64,000 nt of DNA from Dehalococcoidia bacterium (GTDB lineage: Bacteria; Chloroflexota; Dehalococcoidia; UBA2979): NCBI GenBank assembly GCA_034406555.1, contig DASCRM010000017.1:1053-65052 (forward strand), read 5' to 3'. The notes under the pieces were generated by a model, which searched no databases, was not told where the DNA came from, and worked only from the letters and a program-made list of their open reading frames with translations. A program made the position numbers and the translations under genes. Shown here in pieces: positions 24,521 to 33,669 of the stretch (position 1 is the stretch's first letter; every line of letters begins with the position of its first letter).

Positions 24521-25647
24521 TTACGAATTTCGCTGCCGTGCCGGAGGCCCCTCGCCGCGCTCAATCGTCGCGTAGCGGTCGAGCAGCGCGTTCAGGCCGA
24601 TGGGCGCCTCCGCCCTCGCGAGCGGCGAGCCCAGGCAGTAGTGGACGCCCATGCCGAAGCCGGCGTGCTTCGTCAGCTCGCGGTCGAGCCGGAATTCGCC
24701 CGGGGCGTCGAATCCCGCCGGGTCACGGTTCGCAGCGGCGAAGCTCACGAGCAGCGGCGAGTGTTCGGGGATGGCGACGCCATCGAGCTCCGTGTCGCGC
24801 GTCGTGTTGCGGAAGAGCATCTGCACCGGGCTGTCATATCGCAGCGTCTCCTCGATCACCGGATCCCTAGATCGCGGTCGTCGCGCAGCGCCGCCCACAG
24901 CTCCGGTCGGTCGACGAGCACGTTCATCATGTTGCCAATCAGGTTGGTAGTGCTCTCGTTGCCCGCGACGAGCAGCAGCACGCAGAAGTCGAGCACTTCC
25001 CAGTCCTCCAGCCGCTCACCATCGACCTCCGCAGCCGCGAGTGCGGTGATCAGGTCCTCGGCGGGCTCGGCGCGCTTCTCGGCGATCGCGCCGTTCAGGA
25101 ATTGCATCATCTCGCCGATCTGACCCATGCGGTCGTCCCCGCCGCCGAGCAAGGCGCTGGACCAGCGCTTGAAGCGCTCGCGCTCGGAGGTGGGAATGCC
25201 GAGCAGCGTGGCGATCACCGTCACGGGCAGCGGCACCGTGAGGGCATCGACGATGTCGACGTCGCCCGCGTCACCCTCCGCGGCAGCGTCGAGCAGTTCG
25301 TCGACGACGGTGCCGATCCACGGTTCGAGGTCGGCGATGCGGCGCGGCGTGAAGGCCTTGTTCACGAGCTGACGGAAACGGGTGTAACGCGCTGGGTCGT
25401 CGTTGATCAGCACCATCGAGAAGCCGCCATCGCCGCCACCTCCGGTTTCGTGTTCGCCTCCGTATGCCGCGCCGGACGCGAAGGTCTCGTGGTCGCGCAG
25501 GGCACCGTAGACGGCGTCATAGCCGGTGACGATCCCCATCCCGGTGCGCGTGTCGTGGACGACCGGGGCCTCCGCCCGTAGCCGGTCGTAGAGCGCGTAG
25601 GGATCCTCGAGTGCTTCGCGGGTGGAGATCCGCTCGTCTGATGTCAT
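24521..25647 (-). pseudogene. cytochrome P450, split by a single-nt frameshift near 24859..24864
   Basis: The 263-aa piece (..LLVAGNESTTN..) ends LRDDRDLGIR-stop. The 125-aa piece continues PVIEETLRYDSPVQ...FGMGVHYCLGSPLA (heme Cys loop). One extra C in ATCCGG would restore LGIPVIEETLRY. Confidence 0.8.
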
Positions 25648-25691
25648 CGCCGTTCCCTCCTTGCGCGAGCGCGGGCGGACATGCGCGTGAC

Positions 25692-25712
25692 TACAATCCT
25701 CGCGACTATAAT
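25692..25712 (+). promoter_or_regulatory. tandem -10-like boxes in a direct 10-mer repeat (gactacaatc / gactataatc)
   Basis: TACAAT is at 25692..25697 and TATAAT at 25707..25712, in the P450/ferredoxin divergent intergenic region. Pattern only. Confidence 0.3.
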
Positions 25713-25767
25713 CTAAGGCGCGACGGCCACGACCGAGTGTAGGCGATACCTCAGCAGGGAGAGCCAG

Positions 25768-25965
25768 ATGAAGATCGAGATCGACCGGCAGTCATGTCTG
25801 AAGAGCGGGCAGTGCACCTATCTCCACCCCGACCTCTTTGAACGCGATGCAGAGGACTTCCCGATCGCGAAGGTTGAGCAGGTCGAGCCGTCGCTGGTCG
25901 AAGGTGCCGGGGAGGCCGTCGAACTCTGCCCGGCAAGTGCGATCACGCTCGTAGACGAGAGCTAG
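25768..25965 (+). CDS. small single-cluster ferredoxin (P450-type redox partner)
   Basis: MKIEIDRQSCLKSGQCTYLHPDLF...ELCPASAITL. RBS agggagag. Confidence 0.8.
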   Translation: MKIEIDRQSCLKSGQCTYLHPDLFERDAEDFPIAKVEQVEPSLVEGAGEAVELCPASAITLVDES

Positions 25966-26075
25966 CGCGCGCCTCATCCAGCCACGCCCGCGCAGGCTGT
26001 TTGCTGCCGATCTACGCCGATGCTAGAGTCGGGTTCAGCACGCGCAGCGGGCTACAACGCAAGGGGCACGGCCAC

Positions 26076-26594
26076 TTGTCATACGCGATCGTCGAGACCT
26101 GCATCGGCTGTACGGCCTGTGTGAAGAAATGCCCGACGGAAGCCATCACCGGCGTCCGCAACGAGTTGCACATCATCGACCGGAGGAAGTGCATCGACTG
26201 CGGCGCCTGCGGCGCAGTCTGCCCGCCTGAGTCGATCCTCGACGACTTCGGCGACGTTTGCCGCACCTTCCCTCGACGCGAGCTGCCGCTGGCGAAGGTG
26301 GTGGAGGCCAACTGCATCGGCTCCGGCTGCGAACTCTGCATCTCCATCTGCCCGTTCGACGCGCTCTCGCTGCAGGACGCGCCAAACAGCCACGACTTCT
26401 TCGGGATCGCCACGGTGGAGGAGAAGCGCTGCACCGGCTGCCGCCTCTGCGAGCAATCCTGCGGTTGGAGCGCGATCTACATCGACCCGCCGCGCGAGAT
26501 GCTGAAGAAGCATGCGTACCCGGAGGAGATCCTCACCCCCAAGAAGGGCAAGGGGATCCAGACCGCCCGCGACCGTCAGGCCGCCACGACCTAG
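26076..26594 (+). CDS. 4Fe-4S dicluster-domain protein (polyferredoxin, four Cys clusters)
   Basis: CIGCTACVKKCP, CIDCGACGAVCP, CIGSGCELCISICP, CTGCRLCEQSC. I place the start at TTG 26076, preceded by RBS aagggg. Confidence 0.75.
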   Translation: MSYAIVETCIGCTACVKKCPTEAITGVRNELHIIDRRKCIDCGACGAVCPPESILDDFGDVCRTFPRRELPLAKVVEANCIGSGCELCISICPFDALSLQDAPNSHDFFGIATVEEKRCTGCRLCEQSCGWSAIYIDPPREMLKKHAYPEEILTPKKGKGIQTARDRQAATT

Positions 26595-26706
26595 GCCATA
26601 TGGCGGCTCCATAGCTGGCACAAGCTGTCGATGGACCCGTTGACGGTTCGCGCCTCCTACCGCCGCCCCTCGCTATGCTCGCCGGACCCGACGACGGAGG
26701 TGCACA

Positions 26707-27156
26707 GTGACGACTGCTGACCGCCTGCGACTGCGCTTCATGCGTCTGCGGCGCGGCGCTCGGATGCCGGAGCGCCAGACGGAGCACGCCAGCGGCTTCG
26801 ACCTCCGCGCCTCACTCGACAACGGCGCCATCACGATCGGCGAGATGCCGGTCAGCGTGCCGACGGGCATAGCGATCGCTGCGCCGGCCGGCTCGGACGT
26901 ACAGATACGCCCTCGGTCGGGGCTTTCCAGGCGAGGCGTGATCGGGGTGCTGGGCACGATCGACGCCGACTACCGTGGTGAGCTGCTCGTCACGCTCTAC
27001 TGCCTGCCGGGAACCGGCACGTTCGAGGTGCAGGACGGGGACCGTATCGCTCAGCTTGTCATCTCACAGCTCGCCGACGTCGAGTGGCAGGAAGTCGAGA
27101 CGCTGGACCAGACGGAGCGCAGCGCGGGCGGACACGGCTCGACGGGGTTGCGCTGA
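26707..27156 (+). CDS. dut: dUTP diphosphatase
   Basis: ASGFDLRA, IRPRSGL, GTIDADYRGEL, DRIAQLV, RSAGGHGSTG. Confidence 0.9.
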   Translation: MTTADRLRLRFMRLRRGARMPERQTEHASGFDLRASLDNGAITIGEMPVSVPTGIAIAAPAGSDVQIRPRSGLSRRGVIGVLGTIDADYRGELLVTLYCLPGTGTFEVQDGDRIAQLVISQLADVEWQEVETLDQTERSAGGHGSTGLR

Positions 27157-27188
27157 GTTACGCCATCGAGAGTGTTAGGGGGAAAGGC

Positions 27189-27214
27189 GAGAGCGGGCCC
27201 GAAGGCCCGCTCTC
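27189..27214. terminator. bidirectional hairpin terminator between convergent dut and aquaporin genes
   Basis: gagagcgggcc-cgaa-ggcccgctctc, an 11-bp perfect stem. Confidence 0.6.
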
Positions 27215-27334
27215 TAAACCATCCATCTACCGGCGGCGGGGGTAATTCGGCAGATGCTGGTCTCGGAAGGTTGTTGGCACGCTCGCTCGCTACGGCGAAC
27301 GCGCCACGACATCAGGCTGCGTCTAGACGCCTCC

Positions 27335-28036
27335 TCATGCCGCTGACTCAGGGAGAGCCATTGCGCGCTCCCCGTCGTCCATCAGAACGTGGTGGTAGAA
27401 CAGCGCCGCGAGTACGGCGCCGATGATTGGTCCGACCCAGTAGACGATGTGGTCGTCCCAGAAGCCGTCGATCAGCGCGGGGCCAAGCGCCCGCGCCGGG
27501 TTCATCGCGGCACCCGTCAGCGCGCCGCCAGCGAAGATATCCATCGTCAGCACGAGCCCGATGGCCAGGCCACCGAGCTTCGGGCCTCGTGAGTCGATCG
27601 CGGTGCCGAAGACCGCCAGCATCAAGAAGGCTGTGAGGATGGCCTCGATCGCGATCGCCTGGCCGACATTGGTGGCCGCGCCGAGCACGGGAGCACCCAG
27701 ATGCACCGCTTCCGCTCGCGCTTCCGGCAATAGCACCATGAGACCGAGGGCGGCGATGCTCGCGCCCACGATCTGCGCGATGATGTACGTGACGGCGTCC
27801 AGGTGATCCAGGCGTCGCGTCGCCCAGAAGCCAAGTGTCAGTGCCGGGTTGAAGAGGCCGCCCGAGACATGACCCATGGCAGAGACCATCGTCCCGATCG
27901 CGAGACCATGAGCGAGGGCGACGGCGACCACGCTGCCACCGCTCATGATCACGGCTCCGGCACCGATGAAAATCAGTGCGAAAGCCCCAACCGCCTCAGC
28001 GGCTAGCTTGCGCCAGTGAAGAGTCTCGATGCTCAT
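27335..28036 (-). CDS. MIP-family channel (aquaporin/glycerol facilitator)
   Basis: Two NPA boxes: GGLFNPALTLG and GAAMNPARALGP. Confidence 0.9.
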   Translation of the reverse strand: MSIETLHWRKLAAEAVGAFALIFIGAGAVIMSGGSVVAVALAHGLAIGTMVSAMGHVSGGLFNPALTLGFWATRRLDHLDAVTYIIAQIVGASIAALGLMVLLPEARAEAVHLGAPVLGAATNVGQAIAIEAILTAFLMLAVFGTAIDSRGPKLGGLAIGLVLTMDIFAGGALTGAAMNPARALGPALIDGFWDDHIVYWVGPIIGAVLAALFYHHVLMDDGERAMALPESAA

Positions 28037-28207
28037 CGCGCTGCCTCAGAGCTTGGACCGTTCGATCTCGTCGGTTTCGTCTGGGGTGCAGGCAATAAAT
28101 CATAGAACAGCTAACAAGTCAACACATTTACTCATTTGGATAACTCGCGGTGATCTCCTCAACCTGCAATTCGAGTTCAGACGCCGCTCGCGTAGACTCG
28201 ATCGCCT

Positions 28208-29509
28208 ATGACTGACATTCTCCGCGCAGTGCTCCGAGCTGAGCCGCGACGCCAGCGTGCCGCGCTGCTTGTGGCCGCTATCGTGCTGACGTTCGCCGCC
28301 GCGTGCGGGAGCGACAGCGACGTGGTGATCATCGCGATCACGGCCACGCCGGAGACCGCGAGCCCCACCGCGACGACCACGGCAGAGACACCGCTCACCC
28401 CCACGGCGGCGACGGTGACGACGACGCCCGAGCCATCGGCGGAACTGCCATCGCGACCGGACAACCTCTTCGGCGGGGCGAACTTGCTCGTGGCCTACCT
28501 CGCGGGTGGGGCCGACACGGCCGCCTGCTTGCCCGCGCTCGCGGTGGAGTGGGGACTCGACCGCGGCACGCATCTCGACTGCGTCGAGACGGACCTCGAT
28601 GGCGATGGAGCGGCTGAGTTCGTATTGCGCGTGACGGACGATGGGGGGGCGGCGACGCCGGGTGACATCTGGTTCTACGGCAGCGACGACCAGGGGCGGC
28701 GTCTGCTCGGCTCAGCACGCTCCTTCGGCAGCGCCGTGCTGTCCGGGGTGCTGATCGTCGCCGCCGAGGATCTCACCGGCGACGGGCTCGCCGAGGTCGT
28801 GATCTCGTCCGAGAGCTGCGGTGTGGCCAGTTGCTCGACGAATTTCCTGATCCTCAGCGCCCACCGGGGCACCATCGAGAACCTGGCCCCGCAAGACATC
28901 GCGCTTGAGGGCTCCGAGACGCCGGAGGTGACGGACGTGACCGACGACGGCCTGCTCGACCTCGTCCTGCGCGGCGGCGTCGTCAGTAGCGCGGGCGCGG
29001 GCCCGCCGCGGCCGCTGGTGCGAAGTGTCTACTGGGCCGGCCTGCGCTTCTTCGTCGTGGACACGGCGCAGTCAGCTCGCTATCTGATCCACGCGATCGC
29101 CGACGCCGACACGACCTACGCGGGCGCCGACTACGCCGCAGCGAGCGCGCAGTACCTCGCGATCGCGAGCAACTCGACGCTCAGCGACTGGAAGCTCGAT
29201 ACCGGCACAGGCCTCGGCCGCAACGAACTCGCCGCCTACGCACGCTTCCGCGCCGGACTCGCCTCGCAGCGCCTCGGCGCGATCGAGGACTCGCTGACGC
29301 TGTTTGAAAGTGCCTATGACGACCATCCCACGGCGCTGATGGGCGTCGCCGCAGCCGTCTACCTCGATCAGCTGCAGAACGGCACGACGCCGGCCGCTGC
29401 CTGCGCAGTGACTGAGCAGTATCTCTCGACACGAGCCGCCGAGTTCGCCCGGATCTGGGACTACGGCTACGCTAACCCGGAGCACTCGATCACGGGCATC
29501 TGCCGCTAG
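28208..29509 (+). CDS. secreted lipoprotein with FG-GAP/VCBS-like repeats and Thr/Pro linker
   Basis: Signal plus lipobox LTFAAACGSDSD, followed by TDLDGDGAAEFVL, EDLTGDGLAEVVI and DVTDDGLLDLVL. Confidence 0.6.
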   Translation: MTDILRAVLRAEPRRQRAALLVAAIVLTFAAACGSDSDVVIIAITATPETASPTATTTAETPLTPTAATVTTTPEPSAELPSRPDNLFGGANLLVAYLAGGADTAACLPALAVEWGLDRGTHLDCVETDLDGDGAAEFVLRVTDDGGAATPGDIWFYGSDDQGRRLLGSARSFGSAVLSGVLIVAAEDLTGDGLAEVVISSESCGVASCSTNFLILSAHRGTIENLAPQDIALEGSETPEVTDVTDDGLLDLVLRGGVVSSAGAGPPRPLVRSVYWAGLRFFVVDTAQSARYLIHAIADADTTYAGADYAAASAQYLAIASNSTLSDWKLDTGTGLGRNELAAYARFRAGLASQRLGAIEDSLTLFESAYDDHPTALMGVAAAVYLDQLQNGTTPAAACAVTEQYLSTRAAEFARIWDYGYANPEHSITGICR

Positions 29510-30717
29510 CTCGCGCTCGCCGGCTCGGCCGCACGTGGCACCGACGAGAACGTGATGAAGACCGCGGAGACGATGAAGAGCGCGAGGAAGAGCGCGAAGA
29601 CCGGCCCGTACGATCCAGTCTGGTCGAACCAGAAGCCGGCGATCCACGGCCCGGCGGCATTGAAAGCCAGCTGCACCGGCTGGAACGACCCGCGGATCAC
29701 ACCGAGCGAGCGCCTGCCGAAGTAGTCCGCGTAGATCACCTGGCTGAGCGTGAAGGTGCTGCCGAAGCAAATGCCGTACCACAGCGCGTAGAAGAGCGAA
29801 CTCACCAGCCCTGAGGCGAGCATCAACAGCAGCACACCTGCGGCCTGTCCAGCCAGCGAGAAGGCGAGCGTGCGGCGCGTGCCCCAGCTCGTCGCCACCG
29901 CCCCGCCCAGCAGCCCACCGCTGGCGGCGAACAGCGAGAAGAGCCCGACGACAGAGGCGGCTTCCGTCGTCGAGAGGCCCTGCTGCTCCAGGTGCGGGAT
30001 CTGGTGGAGGTTGATCGAACCCGCTGAGAACATCATCAGCGCGATTGCGAACCCGATCAGCCAGTAGGTCCGCGTCCGCAGCGAGTCACGCAGCGACCAG
30101 TCGACATCGAGCGCGGGAGTCAGCGCATCGAGGTCACCCCGGACCCCGTCACCGTCCGGCAGCAGACCCTCATCTTCCGGCCGCCTGCGCATCAGCAGCA
30201 GCGGCGGCAGCACGCCGATGACTGCGATCACCAGGGCGAGCGCCCCGAACCCGGTGCGCCAGCCGCTCTCCGCGATCACCAGCGCGACGAACAGCGGCAG
30301 AACGGTCAGCCCGCCTCGCAGCCCCAGCGAGACGAGCGCGGTGGCGAGCGGGCGGCGGCGGACGAACCAGTTGGCGACCGCGACGAAGGCGCTGGTGTTG
30401 ATCACGCCCTGACCGAGCGCTCGGCCGAGCGAGTAGAAGATGTAGAATTGCCAGAGCGCGTTCATCCCGCTGAGCGCGACCAGACAGACCGCCATCGTCG
30501 CCGTCGCCGCCGTCATCACCCAGCGCCCGCCCCAGCGGTCGAGCACCCATCCGATCAGCGGCGAAGCGAATGCCGCGGACGCGCTGCCGATCGAGACGGC
30601 CAGCGAGATCTCGGCTCGACTCCAACCGAACTCCTCCGAGAGTGGCGCGAAGAAGACACCGAGCACGGGGTTGAAGAAGGTGACCGAGCCAAACGAAACG
30701 ACGCCGGCCACGGCCAC
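29506..30717 (-). CDS. MFS transporter (OFA-like); true start probably upstream at a non-canonical codon (to ~30774)
   Basis: About 12 TM segments. The in-frame upstream codons read LLSRAPSNRPPRYFYGWIV, with RBS gggagg 6 nt before CTG 30774. The ORF track starts at the first GVG-context GTG (30717), inside the conserved RxFYGW motif region. Confidence 0.8.
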   Translation of the reverse strand: MAVAGVVSFGSVTFFNPVLGVFFAPLSEEFGWSRAEISLAVSIGSASAAFASPLIGWVLDRWGGRWVMTAATATMAVCLVALSGMNALWQFYIFYSLGRALGQGVINTSAFVAVANWFVRRRPLATALVSLGLRGGLTVLPLFVALVIAESGWRTGFGALALVIAVIGVLPPLLLMRRRPEDEGLLPDGDGVRGDLDALTPALDVDWSLRDSLRTRTYWLIGFAIALMMFSAGSINLHQIPHLEQQGLSTTEAASVVGLFSLFAASGGLLGGAVATSWGTRRTLAFSLAGQAAGVLLLMLASGLVSSLFYALWYGICFGSTFTLSQVIYADYFGRRSLGVIRGSFQPVQLAFNAAGPWIAGFWFDQTGSYGPVFALFLALFIVSAVFITFSSVPRAAEPASAS

Positions 30718-30950
30718 GACGATCCAGCCGTAGAAGTAACGAGGAGGCCGGTTCGACGGGGCGCGACTCAGCAGCTGAATCCTCCCGAAACGGTCCAGAG
30801 CAGCGACGCCGCGCTGGCAGGAACCTCTGCCGACTAGCCGGTGCGCCAGTCTAGCAGCAGCACTGCGGCAGCTCGGACGAAACTCGGTTGACCCCTCTGT
30901 ACGCCTCGCCTACTGTCGAGGCCCGCATGAGCAGGTCGTGAGCACAGCCG

Positions 30951-31382
30951 ATGTTGCGTCGCCTCCGTCAGTTGATCGTCGCAGTGCTGTTCGGCGTGCT
31001 CGGCGCCGCCGCCGGGCGTGCCTTCGTCGACCTGCGCAAACAGCAGGAGGCGGGCGAGCAGCCGACGGCCCCGAGCATGAGCCTGGACCGCATCAGTGTG
31101 CGGCCGCAGGACGTGGTGCCGGGCATCATGGCGGCAATGCGGGTCACGAACCGACCGTGGTCCTGGCTGCACATCCCACCCTGGATCGCCGCGTTCGTCG
31201 TCAACTTCGGCCTCGTCGCCTTCGCGCGCGAACTGGGCTCATTGCGGGGCATGAGCATGGGCTCGATCCCCGGCATGGGAGATGCCGAGAGCGACCCTCC
31301 GTGGGATGACGGCCCCGCCGACGATGCTCCTGCCTCGTCCCTCGCCGAGGAGGCTGAGGGAGCGCCGGGATCGGCGCTCTAG
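30951..31382 (+). CDS. hypothetical small membrane protein
   Basis: N-terminal TM (LIVAVLFGVLGAAAG), a second hydrophobic segment (WIAAFVVNFGLVAF) and an acidic C-terminus. Confidence 0.45.
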   Translation: MLRRLRQLIVAVLFGVLGAAAGRAFVDLRKQQEAGEQPTAPSMSLDRISVRPQDVVPGIMAAMRVTNRPWSWLHIPPWIAAFVVNFGLVAFARELGSLRGMSMGSIPGMGDAESDPPWDDGPADDAPASSLAEEAEGAPGSAL

Positions 31383-31542
31383 CGGGCATCGCGAGCCGAC
31401 AACACCGGATCGCGCACGCTTGTTTCGTGAGGCTGCGCGTCCGTATGCTGCAAGGGAGCGACGGGTCGGATCACTTCCATTCGTCGCCCGTGCGGATGTC
31501 CACAGCGCCCGCAGGCTGAACGACCGGAGTGGAGGGACCCGC

Positions 31543-32121
31543 ATGACTCTCGCCGTCGTGCTGGTTGCAGCGTATCTACTGGGGTCGATCCCCACCTCGT
31601 ACATCGTCGTCTACCGCTACACGGGCCGGGACATCCGCGAGATGGGCACCGGCAACCCGGGCGCGATGAACGTATTCGACAGCGTCGGCCTACGCCCCGC
31701 GATCATCGTCGGTGTGATCGACGTGCTGAAAGGTATGGCGGCGGTCGGCGTCGCGTACATCGCCGGGGCAAGCGACCTGCAGGCGGTGTTGGCCGCAGCA
31801 GTGGCGATCATGGGCCACGACTACTCGGTCTTCCTGCGACTGCATGGCGGCAACGGCACCGCGACCGCCGTTGGGGCGCTCGCCTTCCTGGTGCCACTGC
31901 CAACGATCATCGCGGCCTCGTTCGCGGCCGCGGCCGTGCTCGTCGTCGGCTCGCGACGGATCGCCGGCATGGCCGGGCTGTTGAGCGTGCCCGCGCTGGC
32001 CTTCTGGTTCGACGCACCGGACACGAAAGTGCTCGGCTCGATCCTGATCCTCACGATCACCGCGCTGAAAATCATCCGCTTTGAAGGCTTCTCCCGCGCA
32101 AAAGTTCGATACGACGAGTGA
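31543..32121 (+). CDS. plsY: glycerol-3-phosphate acyltransferase PlsY
   Basis: YLLGSIPTSYIV, GTGNPGAMNV, VIDVLKG, MGHDYSVFLRLHGGNG. RBS ggaggg precedes ATG 31543. Confidence 0.85.
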   Translation: MTLAVVLVAAYLLGSIPTSYIVVYRYTGRDIREMGTGNPGAMNVFDSVGLRPAIIVGVIDVLKGMAAVGVAYIAGASDLQAVLAAAVAIMGHDYSVFLRLHGGNGTATAVGALAFLVPLPTIIAASFAAAAVLVVGSRRIAGMAGLLSVPALAFWFDAPDTKVLGSILILTITALKIIRFEGFSRAKVRYDE

Positions 32122-32963
32122 ACGAGTACACCGAGGCGATCGAGCTCTTCCGTAACACCGTCACCGGCCCGCCCGACGACGTGCCGCTGGCTCGCGCCGC
32201 CCTGCTGGCCGCGAGCGCCGAGGATCCGTCGCTCGACGTCGACGCGTACGAGCGACGACTGGACGAGATCGCCGTCGCGCTGTCACAGCGCCTGGCGACG
32301 GCCAGCGATGCCTCGGCACGAGCGCGCATGGCGACCGAGCTGCTGTTCGCCGAGCTGGGCTTCAGCGGCGACGAAGAGAATTACGACGACCCCGACAACC
32401 TGCTGCTGCACCGCGTGATCGACCGCCGTCGCGGCATCCCGATCACCCTCGCCATCATTTACGTCGAGGTCTGCCAGCGGGCCGGCATGCTCACCAGCGG
32501 CGTCGGGCTGCCCGGTCACGTCGTCGCACGCATCGATGAGCTGGACGACGAACCGCGCTACGTCGATGTCTTCCGCGGCGGCAGGCCGCTGACGGCGGAG
32601 GACTGCGAGCAGATGGTGCGAGAGACCTACGGCCGCCACGTCGACTTCAAGCAGCACTTCTTCAGCGCGATCACCCCGCGCCAGATGCTCCAGCGGCTGC
32701 TCCACAACCTGAAAGCGCGGGCGCTCCAGAGCGCGGACGATGAGCGCGCGGGCCGCACGATGGACCTGCAGCTGACGATGTACCCATGGGATCTGGACGA
32801 GCAGCGCGACCGCGGCATGCTGCGAGAACGGCTCGGCGACTACCCCGGAGCACTCTCCGACCTGGAGCAGTACGTGCGCTTCCGCGCGAGCGCCCGCGAC
32901 ATCCGCACCGTCAGCGAGACGATCGAGTCGCTGCGTCGCCACATCAGCACCGACGACGCCTGA
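32118..32963 (+). CDS. SirB1/transglutaminase-like + TPR family protein (UPF0162)
   Basis: NLLLHRVIDRRRGIPITLAIIYVEVCQRAG..GLPGHVV..., with a C-terminal TPR-like segment. The GTG start overlaps the plsY stop. Confidence 0.65.
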   Translation: MNEYTEAIELFRNTVTGPPDDVPLARAALLAASAEDPSLDVDAYERRLDEIAVALSQRLATASDASARARMATELLFAELGFSGDEENYDDPDNLLLHRVIDRRRGIPITLAIIYVEVCQRAGMLTSGVGLPGHVVARIDELDDEPRYVDVFRGGRPLTAEDCEQMVRETYGRHVDFKQHFFSAITPRQMLQRLLHNLKARALQSADDERAGRTMDLQLTMYPWDLDEQRDRGMLRERLGDYPGALSDLEQYVRFRASARDIRTVSETIESLRRHISTDDA

Positions 32964-33118
32964 GTTTACGAACCGGCCACTACCCGCCCGAGCGTCGCTG
33001 CGCCTCGGTGGCGTCGGGCCGCGATCGTTGATACATTCCCCGGCGTTGAGCCGGGAATGTGACAAGCTCTGGGCCGCGTCTCGCCTCTGCGTCTCGCCTG
33101 ACCTGTGAAAGCAGACTG

Positions 33119-33637
33119 ATGGACGGCACCGCCCCTCGAGCCATCTCGCGCACCCTCCACGCCGTCTCGGCGCCGCAGAGCGAATTCATCGTGTTTGCGG
33201 AGAGCCTGGAGTACGACACCACGCACGGCCTGCAGTTCATCGACATCACCGACGAGGTGCGAAACGTCGTCGATCGATCCGCCGTCACCTTCGGTCAGGT
33301 CGCCATCTCCTCGTCGCATACCACCGCAGCAATCGTCGTCAACGAGCACGAGCCGCTGTTGCTGAACGACATGGCGCGCATGCTCTCGCGGCTCGCGCCG
33401 CCCGGCGACTACTACGAGCACAACGACTTCACGATCCGCACGGTCAACATGAACGAGGACGAGTGCGCCAACGGCCACGCACACTGCCAGCACGTCATCC
33501 TGGGCACCAGTGAGACCCTGCCGATCCACGAGGGCGAGATACGCATCGGCCGATGGCAGCGCGTCTTCCTGGTCGAACTCGACCACGCGCGACACCGCGA
33601 AGTCTTCGTACAGGCGCTGGGCGTCGGCGGAGCCTGA
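33119..33637 (+). CDS. YjbQ/UPF0047 family (secondary thiamine-phosphate synthase) protein
   Basis: FIDITDEV...GQVAISSSHTTAAIVVNEHEPLLL.D...HNDF...NGHAHCQ...LGTSETLPI..G....GRWQRVFLVELD. Confidence 0.85.
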   Translation: MDGTAPRAISRTLHAVSAPQSEFIVFAESLEYDTTHGLQFIDITDEVRNVVDRSAVTFGQVAISSSHTTAAIVVNEHEPLLLNDMARMLSRLAPPGDYYEHNDFTIRTVNMNEDECANGHAHCQHVILGTSETLPIHEGEIRIGRWQRVFLVELDHARHREVFVQALGVGGA

Positions 33638-33660
33638 TCAGCGCCGCACGGCGCTGATCA
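33635..33660 (+). terminator. hairpin overlapping the yjbQ-like stop codon
   Basis: tgatcagcgcc-gcac-ggcgctgatca, an 11-bp perfect stem. Confidence 0.5.
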
Positions 33661-33669
33661 CCCGCAGCG

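Noticed and set aside
24466-25123. The remainder of the 347-aa plus-strand ORF 24080..25123.
   Set aside because: Only the first ~75 aa look receiver-like. The rest is antisense to the P450 coding sequence and low-complexity (Ser/Arg/Ala).
32964-33118. A TPP riboswitch upstream of the YjbQ-family (thiamine-related) gene.
   Set aside because: The conserved CUGAGA and ACCUGAUCUGGAUAAUGCCAGCG-like cores are not present. Only a fortuitous cctgacctg string is there.
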